Of a DNA stretch of 64,000 bases, positions 43,721 through 56,822 are shown in pieces. Every line of letters begins with the position of its first letter. Positions within the stretch are counted from its first letter, which is position 1. Location of the stretch: the NCBI RefSeq assembly GCF_009914755.1, contig NC_060928.1; one strand, written 5' to 3'. This stretch comes from the human T2T-CHM13v2.0 reference genome, Homo sapiens. The notes under the pieces are model-generated. The model worked only from the letters and a program-made list of their open reading frames with translations. It did not search any database and was not told where the DNA came from. Made by a program: the position numbers and the translations under genes.

Positions 43721-44830
43721 TAGTAATGGTGCTGGCAGGTGTTAATGTCATTCATATTTTTCCCTAAACCTCTATTTTCCCATCTATTAAATAGCATAGT
43801 AATAGTACCTAACTCATTAATTTGTGAGGAATAAAGGCATATGGATCAACGTAGCATGTTGCCTGGCACCTTATAAGATCTCAGTGAATGATGATGTATA
43901 CTTCTGCAATGATACAGATCATTGCACTTCTCCTGTTTATCTCTACCCTTTGTTTAAGGCTTACACTTTAATCTATAATCTTACCATGAGGCCCTGAAAT
44001 TACACTAGCCAAGTCAGTTTGAGCCAGTGATTTGCTTTCTTCATTTCTGTTTCTCATTTGTAAAATGCGAGTGTTGAACTGAGTACTCTGAATAGTTTCT
44101 TCCTCTAAAGTATTTTCACAACCATTTTATCTCACTCAACTCATTTTAAGAAATACCTGATAATGAGAAACTCATCCAAGAGAGCCTCTTTGCCCCCGCT
44201 CCACCAAAAACCTTACTAAACTAATCTCTTTAGTTGTTCAGTCAATTTTCTCTTATTCAAAAAGCTGGGCTGTTTTGTTTGATTAATGACACCATCAACT
44301 GGCCCTATCCCAGAGTGTAATTGATCAGTCCATAATTCCCCAAGTCATTCTTATTTCCTATGATTATATTTTTAATTTATAAACCCTTGGCCAGTTTCAC
44401 CAAAAATTAAATCCTGATGCCTTCCAGATATATGTTCCAAATATTGAGGAACAGTATTCAATTTTGTCTCTTTGCCAGTGGCTGCTCTCACCTTGTTCCA
44501 ACTCCCAAATCCCCATCTCGTTTTTTCCTTTTTGGAGAAGAGTCGTGAAAAACTGGTTTCCATTATAATTCCATCACCCCTAGAGGCAGGAGGACTAAGT
44601 ATGCAGTGTGGTTTCAGGCCAAGAACATTGGACTGGAGGTGTAAAGAGCTGGGTTGCAGTGCTGGCTCTGCCTCCAGAGCTGAGGGGCTTTGGGCAGGGT
44701 AGTTTCTGTTGCTTTAGTCCTTAGTTGTCTCATTTGTGGAGTGAAAGATAAAACTGAATGATTGCTGAGACCTTTCTACCTGTGAAAACTCATGGTTTCT
44801 ATTCTTTCCCATTTTGTCCCCTACTGTTAA

Positions 44831-44962
44831 TTTTTTTTTTTAAAGACACTTGGTCTCACTATGTTGCCTGGGCTGGTCTCAAACTCCCAGACTCCAGCAA
44901 CCATCCTGCCTTGGCCTCCCAAAGTGCTGGGATTACAGGCATACGGGCCACTGTGCTGGGCC
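44831..44962 (-). mobile_element. Alu monomer (FLAM-like)
   Basis: Single left-arm monomer with poly-T; TSD tgttaat on both sides. Confidence 0.85.
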
Positions 44963-45732
44963 TGTTAATATTAACTACCATTTATTTAGTACCTACAATA
45001 TGCCAGATATTAATCTAATAATAGTTAACATTTAGTATGTGCTCACCATGTGCTAAGCGCTTTATTTCTATTCTTTACTCTTCACAGTAACCCAAAAAAG
45101 TAGATGCAACTAGTGTTCTTCTTTTACAGATGAGGAGACTGAGACACAGGGATGTGAAGTCCGTGCTCATGGGTATGCACTCGGTGAGGGATAGAGCCAG
45201 AAGCTGAACCCAGGAGGCTGATGCCTTGCCCTTGCCCTTAGTCATTTTATTATATAACATTCTTAAGGACTTCATTTTTTTCTTTTTCTCTCTACTATAG
45301 CACTAGGAACAATATAATAGTACCCTCACTTAAAAAATGAAGAAACCAAGTGCAATGAAGCTAAACAATTTGGCCAAAATAACCCAGCTAGCGTATGACA
45401 GAGCTGGGGATCAAACCTAAGTCTGGCTCCTAACCACCGTGTTCCAAGAGCAGAGTGGATTTCTTACTTCTGTCACATGTATCTTGTGGGTTAGTGATAA
45501 GCAAAGTATAGTACATTTTAAAAAGAAGGATACTTTTGCTTTCTGTTCATTAAATTTTTTAAGCATATAAGATAGAAATTTTGCTAGATTTACTTGAAGA
45601 AACAGATAGAAATCATTCTGTAATCAACACGATTTATATGTGGATAGATTCTTTTTATTGAGTAAGATTATTACAGTTTAATCTAGTTTCTGTCGGATTT
45701 GTCTTCTATTTCAAAGAATGCTGTCTGAATTA

Positions 45733-45830
45733 TTAGGTTGGTACAAAAGTAGTTGTGGTTTTTGCCATTAAAAATAATGGCAAAATAAAAAGTAATGGCG
45801 AAAACCACAATTACTTTTGTACCAACCTAA
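45733..45830. mobile_element. MADE1 (Hsmar1-derived mariner MITE), 98 bp
   Basis: TIRs ttaggttggtacaaaagt / acttttgtaccaacctaa flanked by TA duplications. Confidence 0.93.
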
Positions 45831-46020
45831 TAATAAAACTTGGCCATGTACCCAAATTGTAAGAGACGGCAGGCTTCACCCCCAGTATCCTCAGTGTGGC
45901 TGCCATTTCTTATGCCCACTGTCCCTCATGCTGCTATTTAAAAACTGATTATCCTGTTTACAAGGTGAGACTCAAAATTTGATATAGAATCTAATTGGTT
46001 AATTTTATATTGTGTGTATG

Positions 46021-46113
46021 TATTTTTCCTATTGATTCAGTCAACAGGTATTAATTTAGCACATGTGGCAGGTGATCAATTAATACCTGTTGACTGAATC
46101 AATAGGAAAAATA
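46021..46113. repeat. Perfect 36-bp inverted repeat with 21-nt spacer
   Basis: tatttttcctattgattcagtcaacaggtattaatt (46021-46056) is the exact reverse complement of 46078-46113. Confidence 0.98.
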
Positions 46114-47329
46114 ATTTGATACCTTTAGCTCATTTTATTCTCCTAGGTATTTAAAAAATGAGCCTTCTACTTTCAAAATGCTCTGGAGTAAATGGCTCAA
46201 GGCCATCTCATTTCACCATCTCTAGGTGCCTCAAGTTGGAATCAATCATACACCACTTGGCCTGAAATTCAGATAAGAGTTGACAGGAAGTGGGCAGGAA
46301 CTGTTTCCTTGTTTTTTATTGTTTGTATAAATGTTAAGTGCCATGGCAACAAAAAACTAACAGCCAGATGAAGAACAGAAACATATGGAGAAGTGAAAGA
46401 CAACCTTGAAAAGAGATATTTGAAAGAAATTATTCATTTGGCTCATCTTGATATGAGTGAGTGTATTGCTAACATGATTGATTGTGTTCCTGAGTAGAAA
46501 TGCAAGCTTACTAAGATTAGAGAATTAATGAATTAATTGGTACTCCTTCTTATTCTACAAAGGACTGGAAACATAAAAATATTAAGTTATAGTTGGGGGA
46601 AAAAGTAAAAGCTTTGACTGTGGAAAATATCAGTGTAACCAAAAGATAATATAACTTTTATAATCGGGGCACACACTTTACTCTGAGTTTCCGGGCAGCC
46701 ACAGCAAAAAGGAAAATATGATTAATTACAAAGCTTTTAGCTTCCATCAGACTTAGTTAATTTCTCATGAGGAAGAAAGTTATTCTTAACATCTAGGTTT
46801 AAAAGAAATTCCTTTCATAGGTATTCATATTGGAGACTAACTCTTTGATTCCAAAAATTCAGAATGTTTCTTCTATCTTTCTTCCTCCATGATAGGAAAT
46901 TGATCCCATTCAAGATGAGAAGTAAGTTTCTAAAGTCATTGTCAAGGCAGCTGTCTAATTAGGTAAGAATACAGATGGACTGTGAGGGGAAATATGTCTT
47001 TGATCCTTCCAGCAATATCTACAGAGTTCATGAGTTTAGTTGAACTTTCATAATTATGGATATTTATAACAGCCTTGCCTTCTATTGCTAGGCTCAGAGA
47101 TCCTTCCAAACAAGTGCATGATTCTTAAAATTTTCCAAAGGAGTTGCTCAGGACAAAATAACACTGGTAAGACTTGCTTTTCTTTATATAGTTGTATCAT
47201 GAAGTTAGCACTTACTTTTATCAAATTCAAATGGTCAATACTGGGCATCTTCCAGGGGTAGGCTGTATTGCTGGCATTGGGCACTCCAAGGATACAAATA
47301 CGAGATGAAATTAGAGTGTTTGGATGAAG

Positions 47330-47658
47330 CCGAGGTCAAGGAACTATACCCTGCAGGCCAAAACCAGCCTGCTTCCTTTTGTTCATGGCCTGTGGGATAA
47401 GAATAGTTTTTATATCTTTAAATGGTTGGAAAAAAATAAAAGAAGAATATTTCATAATACATGGAAATTAAGTGAATTTCTAATTTCAGTGTCTATAAAC
47501 ATAGTTTTATTGGAATACAGCCATGTTCACTCATTTATGTAGTATCCATGGCTACTTTCATACCACAGTGGCAGAGTAGATACAACAGAAAACATATGGA
47601 CCACAGAGCCTGAAATGTGTACTATTTGGCCCTTTCAGAAAAAGTTTACCAATTCCTG
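47330..47658. mobile_element. MER58B-like hAT-Charlie element
   Basis: ggccaaaaccagcctgc...gttttattggaatacagccatg...tactatttggccctttcagaaaaagttt. Confidence 0.8.
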
Positions 47659-47684
47659 TTATAGTGGAGAAAGTGCTTTCTATG

Positions 47685-48042
47685 TGTATTAGTCTGTTCT
47701 CGTGCTGCTAATAAAGACATACCCAAGACTGGATAATTTATAAAGGAAAGAGGTTTAATGGACGAACAGTTCCGCATGGCTGGGGAGGCCTCACAATCAT
47801 GGCAGAAGAGCAAGGGACGTCTTACATGGCAGCAGGCAAGAGAGAGCGTGTGCAGGGGAACTCCACTTTGTAAAACCATCAGATCTTGTTATGAGACTTA
47901 TTCACTATCAGGAGAACAGCATGGGAAAGACCTGCCCCCATTATTCAGTTACCTCCCACTGACTCCCTCCCACAACTTGTGGGGATTGTGGGAGCTACAA
48001 TTGAAGATGAGATTTGGGTGGAGACACAGCCAAACCATATCA
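47685..48042 (-). mobile_element. THE1 solo LTR (THE1B/C-like)
   Basis: TG...CA termini; reverse complement starts TGATATGGTTTGGCTGTGTC; perfect 5-bp TSD ctatg at 47680-47684 and 48043-48047. Confidence 0.95.
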
Positions 48043-48959
48043 CTATGTGTTCATGAGCTGTGTGAAGAGTCTGTAAAAAGAAGAACCGTCTTCTCTTGTA
48101 GACAGGGCCCTCTATCTGTGTGGTGCATCCTTTATATCTCCATATACTGATCTTTAAAACATGGCATGTGCCACGCCTGCATCAGGATCCATCTGAGAGG
48201 AAGAACACTCCAGAAGGCTCGAATCATGAGCTCAGGGCCAATATAAATGCCATCGCGTTACTTTGGAGGCTTTCCCTACAGGCTCTTGTTCTCTTGGAAT
48301 CAGTGCCTTTTCCTGTCTCTTGCTTCTTGTTCTCCTAGGCTGCTGCTCACCAATCCATAAAAATTATAAACATGGATATTTAAAAATTTTGTGACACAAA
48401 GTATTCAAATTACCCTGCCACTACCTCTTCTAGACACTTGGTCTGTTCTTTATTAATGCTGTCCTTTTTTCAGGAGCTTGGATAAAATAGCTTTTAAAAA
48501 TATTTGCTGAAATCTGTTTGCCTTTCTGCTAGGCTCTGCATTTTATGTCCTTATTACTATTTGATTATGATAATTTTAAAGCATTATATAATCAGAAGTA
48601 AGACAGACTTTAAGAATTATGAGCTGAAAGTTCAGTTTCATGGCTCATGGAAGTAATATATATAGTTATCTCCTTAGGAATTTTAATTATTTGAGGTGAG
48701 CTGTTTAAAAAAATAAAAGTGCAAAGTGCTTATGTGTTTAATTCCTATTCCAATCCCCAAAAATCTGAATGGAGATTTATAAAATCATGTAATTATGGGG
48801 TTAACGTGACCCTAGGTGCCACTGGTATAATCAGCCTTCCAGGCGCTACAAGAATCTCTTCTCTCCCTTCTGGAGTGATGGCCAGTTGGTCTCTGCGAGA
48901 TCTCTCGCAGTGATGGGCAGCTGTCTGACTCCTGATTTAGTTCTGTTATCATGTGACTG

Positions 48960-49450
48960 TCTACTGTGCCAGCCACTGTGCATTCGGGGTTACAACCATG
49001 AATGGCATGGTCTCCACCTTTGAGGAACTATTTAGTAGGGGAGGCAGACAATTTCAGTTTAGCATGGTAGGTGATAAGATGGATATATTCACAAAGTGCT
49101 GTGGGAACATAGAGGAGGGCCTTAATTGAGTCTACTTGGGAATTTGGAGAAATCTTCCTAAAAGACTTACAGGAGGTGAGTCTTGAAGGATAACTGAGTT
49201 CACCAGGCAGAAAGAAAAAGGTGGTATGTATGTTCCCAGCAGATAGAACAGCATGAGCAAAGTGTGCAAGATACCACTAGACCAGTGGATGAGGTAGGGT
49301 GTGGTGGGGGATGAGGAGGGCAGGGAGATATGGACTAAGTCTTGAGAATCCCTGTGTACCTGGTAAAGGACGTGGGATCCCTCTTCATGGTGATTAAAAG
49401 AAAGTGGTAACTCTGAATGATAGCAATGAAAGAACGGAGGAAGGGAGCCT
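48960..49450 (-). mobile_element. L2 fragment
   Basis: gtgctgtgggaacatagaggaggg...gagtcttgaaggataa...gaacagcatgagcaaag. Confidence 0.65.
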
Positions 49451-50199
49451 GATTTCAAGGGGATGTTGGTGTCAGTGGATCAGACTTCATGGTGCGCTGG
49501 TGGTGACCTCTGATGAAAGATTCTTGAGCCAGTTTCAGCCATCTTCCCTCTTGGATCCAGGGACTGGAGGCCAGTTTTGGCATCCTCCATTCATTTTTGG
49601 TTTACCTACTATGTATTGCATACCTACTATGCACCAGATCCTGCACTGTTATCTCAATGTATAGTGACGTAAAAACAAAACAGATAATATCCTTGACCTA
49701 AGTGAATTCTCAAGCTCAGTAGTATTAGGCCAGAGCAAGTCAGGTTCAGGAGAAGCTGTGGTGTGGTGGCCAGCTTTGTTGGTTTCCAAGCTCAAATTCA
49801 CTGAAGCCTGTTCTTTTCATGGTTGGCTTCAATCCTTATAAAACTACAATTTTCTGAATCCAAAGTTTTCTTCCTGAGAGCCATTTGAATCGGTTTTTCC
49901 ATTCCCTTCTTCTAAGGAAAAGGAACTATTTTGCTTCCACTTGTATTTAATAGATCTTCCACTGTTTCTCTTTTTGTCATTTATCTATTATTGCAATTGA
50001 ACTAGGCAACAATCACAAAACCTCAGGAGTGTAAAACAAGTGTTCATTGCTCATGCATCTGAGATGGCTGAATTGGTGGCTCTGCTGAGGTTGGCCAAGG
50101 TGATGGGATGTGGGACTGCTCCACATACCTCTCTTACTCTGGTTGGCAATGCCAGGCATGTGCTCATGCTTCCCAATTCCTTCTGCTGTCACCTATGAG

Positions 50200-50500
50200 A
50201 TGTTGTTTCTGGACTATTCATTTTGTCAGTATTTCTTCCTAAAATGTGCACTCAGACCTGTACAACCTTCCTCTAGGTGTGGTCTAACCAGTAAAAACTG
50301 CAGGGGAACCATTATTTCCTATCCTCTGGACACACTGCTTCTATTAGTTATTAATTTAGGCTGAGATGGCATTAGCTTACTTAGCAGATGAATTGCACAG
50401 TTGGCCCTCTTCTCACATTAAGCTTGAGAAAAATAAAACTTCTCAGATTTTTGTCCATATATACTGCTGCCAAGTCTCATCCATCCTGTGAAAAAAAATT
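50200..50500 (-). mobile_element. L3/CR1 fragment
   Basis: taaaatgtgcactcaga...ggtgtggtctaaccagt...tctggacacactgcttctatta...gcattagc resembles the L3 consensus. Confidence 0.55.
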
Positions 50501-51513
50501 TTTGTCTTTCATGCCTAGTCCTTGAACCGTGTCAATTGGGTTTTGTAAAGGGTCTTTGAAGTATGTCTTGAATTAACTAAGTTCATTCATTCATTCCATA
50601 AATATTTATCATGTCCCTATTAGGTGTCGAGCACTGTGCAGGGAACAAGACATGAACATAGTCCTTGGTCTTGTAGAATTTGTGCTCTACTTGCAGAAGG
50701 GTAGGGTGGATGTTGAAGATTCAGTAGTCAGGATTAAAAGGCATTATCCACTTTGTGACATGTTTGTTGCCATGGAGTCTTCTCCATTCTTTTTGAGAAC
50801 TCCTGTAGTTGATTAAAATTCCAGTCATTGCCATTTGATTGATATTTGGGGTTTTGCTGAGATGTTGACACATCTGCTCGAACAAGGCATGAATAGTTAG
50901 CGGATGTGAAAACTGTTCACAAATTGCAAAAAGCAGGTTTCTGTTGAACGTTATGAACTTGATTGACATCACACTCAGGGTGGTGTTGATTTAGCAAGCG
51001 TGTCCTACTGTTTTCATGGAAAGTTCAAACATCTTTCCCCTGTGCCACTTGATGGGCATAAATGTGAAGGATTTTAGGCAAAAGAGCATGCGGTGAATAC
51101 TGAAGCCTATCAAAGCTTTCTGTCACTCACAACTACATGGTATGCCTATGTTAGAGCTAGTTGACCGCCTTCCATTGGTTCTAAGGACACTTGGTTAGCA
51201 GTGTACTGGGTGTTGCCCTGACTCTAAAGCTGGGGTGTGAGTACTGGGAGGAAGCATCACCCCTTTTTGACTAATCCAGCATTCAAAATGCAAAACAAAT
51301 CTAAGTGAAGTTCTTTCATTCATTCAACAAATATCAGAAAATCACCAGGTACTGGAAATTGATCAGCAGGCAAAATGCCCTTGAGGAGCTTATCTTCTAA
51401 TGAGAAAACAGATAATAATGGTAAAACAAACAAGAATTTTTTTTTCTTATATGGTTAGAAAGCAAGTTCTATAAACAAGGGTGTAAAGTGCTGAGGTGAA
51501 AGACTGTAGAGTG

Positions 51514-51815
51514 TTATTTTATTTTATTTTATTTTTGAGACGGTCTCATTCTGTTGCCCAGGCTGCAGTGCAGCGGCGTGATCACAGCTCACAACCTCGA
51601 CCTCCCAGGTTCAGTGAATCCTCCTAATCTGTTTTCTGAGTAGCTGGCACCACAGGCATTTGCTACTGTGTCTGGTTAATTTTTCTTGTACTTTTTGTAG
51701 AGACAGGGTTTCACTGTATTGCCCAGGTTGGTCTTGAACTCCTGGGCTCAGGGGGTCTGCCTGCCTCAGTCTCTGAAGGTGTTGGGATTACAGGTGTGAG
51801 CCACCACACCTGGCC
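51514..51815 (-). mobile_element. AluJ element
   Basis: gtgatcacagctcac, aactcctgggctca; (tttta)n tail. Confidence 0.92.
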
Positions 51816-51825
51816 AGTAATTTTA

Positions 51826-52200
<375 letters not shown>

Positions 52201-53314
52201 TATCATAACATGCAGAGATGACTGCCAGTGTCAAGGTCCCTGGTTCTACCTTTTTGATCATTAACTCTGCTATTAAATTAGCTACAAGTTTTTGAGTGCC
52301 CTGATGTGCCCAGACACTGGGCAGTTTACATCTATTGCTTGGACCCTGCCTAGGAAGTACATTATATTACGCCTCCCCATCTACAGTGGAGGAAACTGAG
52401 ACTTAGATGAATTAAGTCAAGCCCCATATCTTAAGCAGCAGCTGAGATGGGATTTGAATCCATCTGACTTTGAATTCCTGGAAGCCTGAGCATTTCCTCC
52501 TGTCTTGTGGCTTCTTTCAGTATAGACATAATCTTGATAAAAACAAACTGGGAAATTACCCTTTGAACCAAGCAATTTGAGGAGTGTTTTTGAAACTAAG
52601 AGACTGGGTTTCTAAGAGATAAAATCATATAACTGCTGTTCTTTAAAATTCACCACAGGATCTACTTTTTCCAAGAAATCTCCCCTGAATAAGGGAAGGT
52701 ATTTGGCATACAGCATCCAGCTAGGTTAATAGAGCTCTTTATATAGCCTATCTGCTATTAAAGCAGCCATTCGACACAGAATTCTGTTTATTTTAACTAT
52801 CATTAATGGCCATTCCAGGAATCTATCTCTATTTCTTTGGGATACAAAACCAGTTCTGTATCGATTGCTTGACAATCTTGACACATAATAAATGCAGACC
52901 TTCCTTGTGTTCTAATGTTGCAAATTGTATCATCCTGTGGGCCGTTGTAAAATGGTTCTCATCTTTCCATAGCATCAATACCAGGATGGAGGAGTTGCCT
53001 CCATTTATAAGGACTAGGCATCAAGTGGTCATCATGACCAACAATGTCATAAATGCAAAGATAAATGTAAAATTACCTTTGAAGCTTCGTAAAAAGGGTT
53101 ATACAAGGGAGCCTCATGTACTAGTGTGCATAAAACACACTAAAAATATACCTAACTCCACTCTCTCATACATTTAGAGTTTACAAGAATCGATGGAAGA
53201 GATGATTTTTAAAAAGGTATCCAGGGAAGTTTAAACTGATGCTTTTTCTTGCAATAAATAGATCTAAATCAAGCAAAGATGTTAAAATGTGTGTGTTTTA
53301 AAAATCTTTATTGC

Positions 53315-53316
<2 letters not shown>

Positions 53317-53346
<30 letters not shown>
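53317..53346. repeat. (TG)n microsatellite, about 14-15 units
   Basis: Read directly from the sequence. Confidence 0.95.
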
Positions 53347-53349
<3 letters not shown>

Positions 53350-55039
53350 TAGAATGATGAGGAGAATTCTTAATAAAGGTGGCCTGGTGAGCAGACCCAG
53401 CACAATTTTTATCAGTGAGGTGTTAAAACACCACTAGAAATTTAAGGTGATGAGGGAAACTTGATTTACCAGAAACCTCTCCCGACACTGCATGGAAGGA
53501 ATCCTTACCTAAGCCACATAGGGTGAAGGTGTTCTGGAGGGTTGGAAGTGCCAAGGGCGGTTCTAAACTACACTCTAGTGAAGGTGGCTACAATCAGTGT
53601 GGGCTTTTGTGGGGGCTTTAATTGTGAGGTTAGGATCTGAATAAGAATCCTGGAGAGCTGACTTTGACACCAATACACACTTTTTTTTTTCTCTTATCCT
53701 CATGCTCAACTCAATCTCCTCTGAAACTTGATGTCCAACAGCTAGGTTTTAAGGGTTGCAGATTATCTACCTTATCACAGTGGCCACACGTGTCAGCCTG
53801 GTGATGATGGTGTTTCACGTTCCTCAAGGACCCCTCACGGTGCCTGGATGTCAGTTTGCATAAAGCTTTAAATAAAGCTGCTCCGTATACATCAGCCCAA
53901 GTAGCAGCCACCCATAAACGGTGTGTGCTGTGCTTTTATGTCACTTTGACACTTTGGTGACAACTCTTGGACCATTTCACTCTTCTCTAAAGAGTCATAA
54001 AAACTGATACCAACATTGAAAAAAAAAACTTCAAAGTTTGTCTCTTAGAGTTGTAAAGGCAGGAATGAGATGCCTGCCTTAGATCTTATGGGAATTTCAC
54101 CAAAAAGGGGCGGTGTATAGGAGGGTATCGTTTAAGCCACTGGCTAAATGAATGGTTTAAAACAAATTAGGCAGTAATGTCTGATTATGCTTCTTTCCAG
54201 TTCAAAATCTTTGTTGGTTCTATTCCCCAGCATGTTACAATCCATATTCCTTTCCACAGTCTGCCCAGCCTCATATCCTGTCCCTCATTTCTATTTCCTC
54301 CACCTCCCAATGCCATTACCGTCCCAGCCCTTCCCTCATCAGAGAAGAGGCAAACCTGAAGTCAGCCTTGGAGACCCAGCTCACATCACCTCACTGAAGC
54401 CCTGTTAGGTGCTTCTGAGTGGGTTCCTGTGCCCATGGTACAGTTTCCTACGATGATGTCAACCATATTGTATTTATGAAAGATGCATTTGTGTATTTCC
54501 ACCTTGGTACAGTAAATTTTTTGAAATTTAGAGACCATTTTCTATGAACCCCTTCAGCATGTGGCATAATTCTAGCTCATGAATGATTGGATTGATGCTA
54601 TAAAGAGGAGGGTTCCTGTATATAATCTCAGTGCAAGCAGAGCTTCTTTCTTTGTTAAAACTGTTGGATTTTGAATCTCAGCAGACATGTCTTCACCATC
54701 TGAGATTATGATAAATGTTTGACTTACTAATGCAGAAATTTAGCTTTGAGAAACACCTACAGATTTTTGTTTGGTTTTGTATTATCCAAAAGAGCATTGT
54801 CTTCGTGGCTGAAAAAAAATATTTTATCTGGTTTGGCAGATTAATTTGGCAGGATAGAGCTGGGCTGGGGATTATGACAATATATGTGGAAGGCAATTTA
54901 TGTTGTCTTTTAAATACAGTACTCTAAGAATTGTAGATTTTTAAATAAAATATCCTTGCTGTTTTTGCCCCCTAAAACATAATAAAGATAAATCAAAAGT
55001 CCAGCTTCAAGTTATCTTACAGGAGCACCTTCAATTTCC

Positions 55040-56200
55040 TCTTCTGTCTTAGATGTTCCATGTAACCTGTGTCCTGTTCTCTTTCCCAAAGTTGTAAAGG
55101 AAGAAGGGTGCCTCCTCCCTGTCTTGATCCTACTTCCTTCAAGAATCTTCTGAACCAAGCCCCACTATTATAGTCCATCTCTCTCACATTTTCAACCCCT
55201 CATCTTACCATCAGCTGCTACCCTTCAGTCTACAAACCTACTAAGCCCTCTTTTACTCTTAAATCCCCCTTTCCTGAACCTGGCTGCATCCTCCGACTCC
55301 CGTTTTCTTCATCCTCTTCTTCAGGTGCAACTCGTTGCAAAAATAGTCTCCATTTACATCATCATCCCTCATCATCTCACATCTTAAGCTCGTACCAGCC
55401 TGACTTCCACTGCTTCATGGGATTAAACCTACTCTCAGGGTCACTAACCCCCATCAGCTACCTCCTATGTGTTTGATACCATTGGTCAGTCACTACCTGA
55501 AATTAGCTTTCTTGTTGGCTGTTGCCACACCACAGCTTCTAGCTCTCCTACATTTCCTTTATATGCACCCTACCCCTACCCAACGCAGATATTTCTTCTG
55601 GTTCTGTCTTTGATTCTTGTGCACCTCTGTCTATCATTTTTCTCTTGACAACTCTGCTTGCTCTTTTCTTTTAAACCACTGTCTACATGCTAAGGAACCC
55701 CAAGTCCATATGCCAAAAATTCCCAAGTCTCTATTGATAGTCCCGATCTCTTTCCAGGGCTTATTTCCAAGTACTACCTAGACTTCTTTTCCTGTGTTCC
55801 TGACAATTTCTCCACTTTATTCTGTCCAAACTGTCCAAAGTGTAATGAATCAAACAACCCGTTCCTCCATCTGCATTCCTTATTTCCCTTAACACCTTAT
55901 GTCCTTTATTGGCAGCACAATTCTTATAGCCAGCATCCTGGAAGTGTTCCCAGCACTCACCCCTCCATCTAGTTGTTCCAAAGTTCTGTAGATTCTAAGT
56001 CCACACTCTCTCACACACACATCTACCTTTTCCTTTCTATTCCTCCTGGCCTTTGTCAAAGCTCATGTGTCAAAGCACAGTGGGGATTCTGTGACTCTCC
56101 TGCCCTTTCACTGCAGCAATGAAAGACTTCAAATTCCTGCAGAAGGCTTTCAGGGCCACACAAGTCTGACTGTCATTTACCTTATATAAGCATAAGGGCA
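55040..56200 (+). mobile_element. Degenerate L2 fragments
   Basis: Pyrimidine-rich L2-like motifs (ttttaaaccactgtctacatgct, caaagttctgtagattcta). Confidence 0.5.
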
Positions 56201-56361
56201 CAGTGGAAAGCAGCACTCTGTTAATGGTGAAAATCTAGGCTTCTGAAGTACATAGACATGAATGAAAACCTCAGTCTTCCCCTCCCTCAAATGTGCTTGC
56301 TTCTCTCTAAGCTTCATCCTTGTGTACTCCCCTCTCTATTGTCTTTTTTGGGCTTTGGTTA

Positions 56362-56822
<461 letters not shown>

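Noticed and set aside
54095-54116. CTCF-like motif ccaaaaaggggcgg
   Set aside because: It mismatches core positions of the CTCF consensus and is expected by chance.
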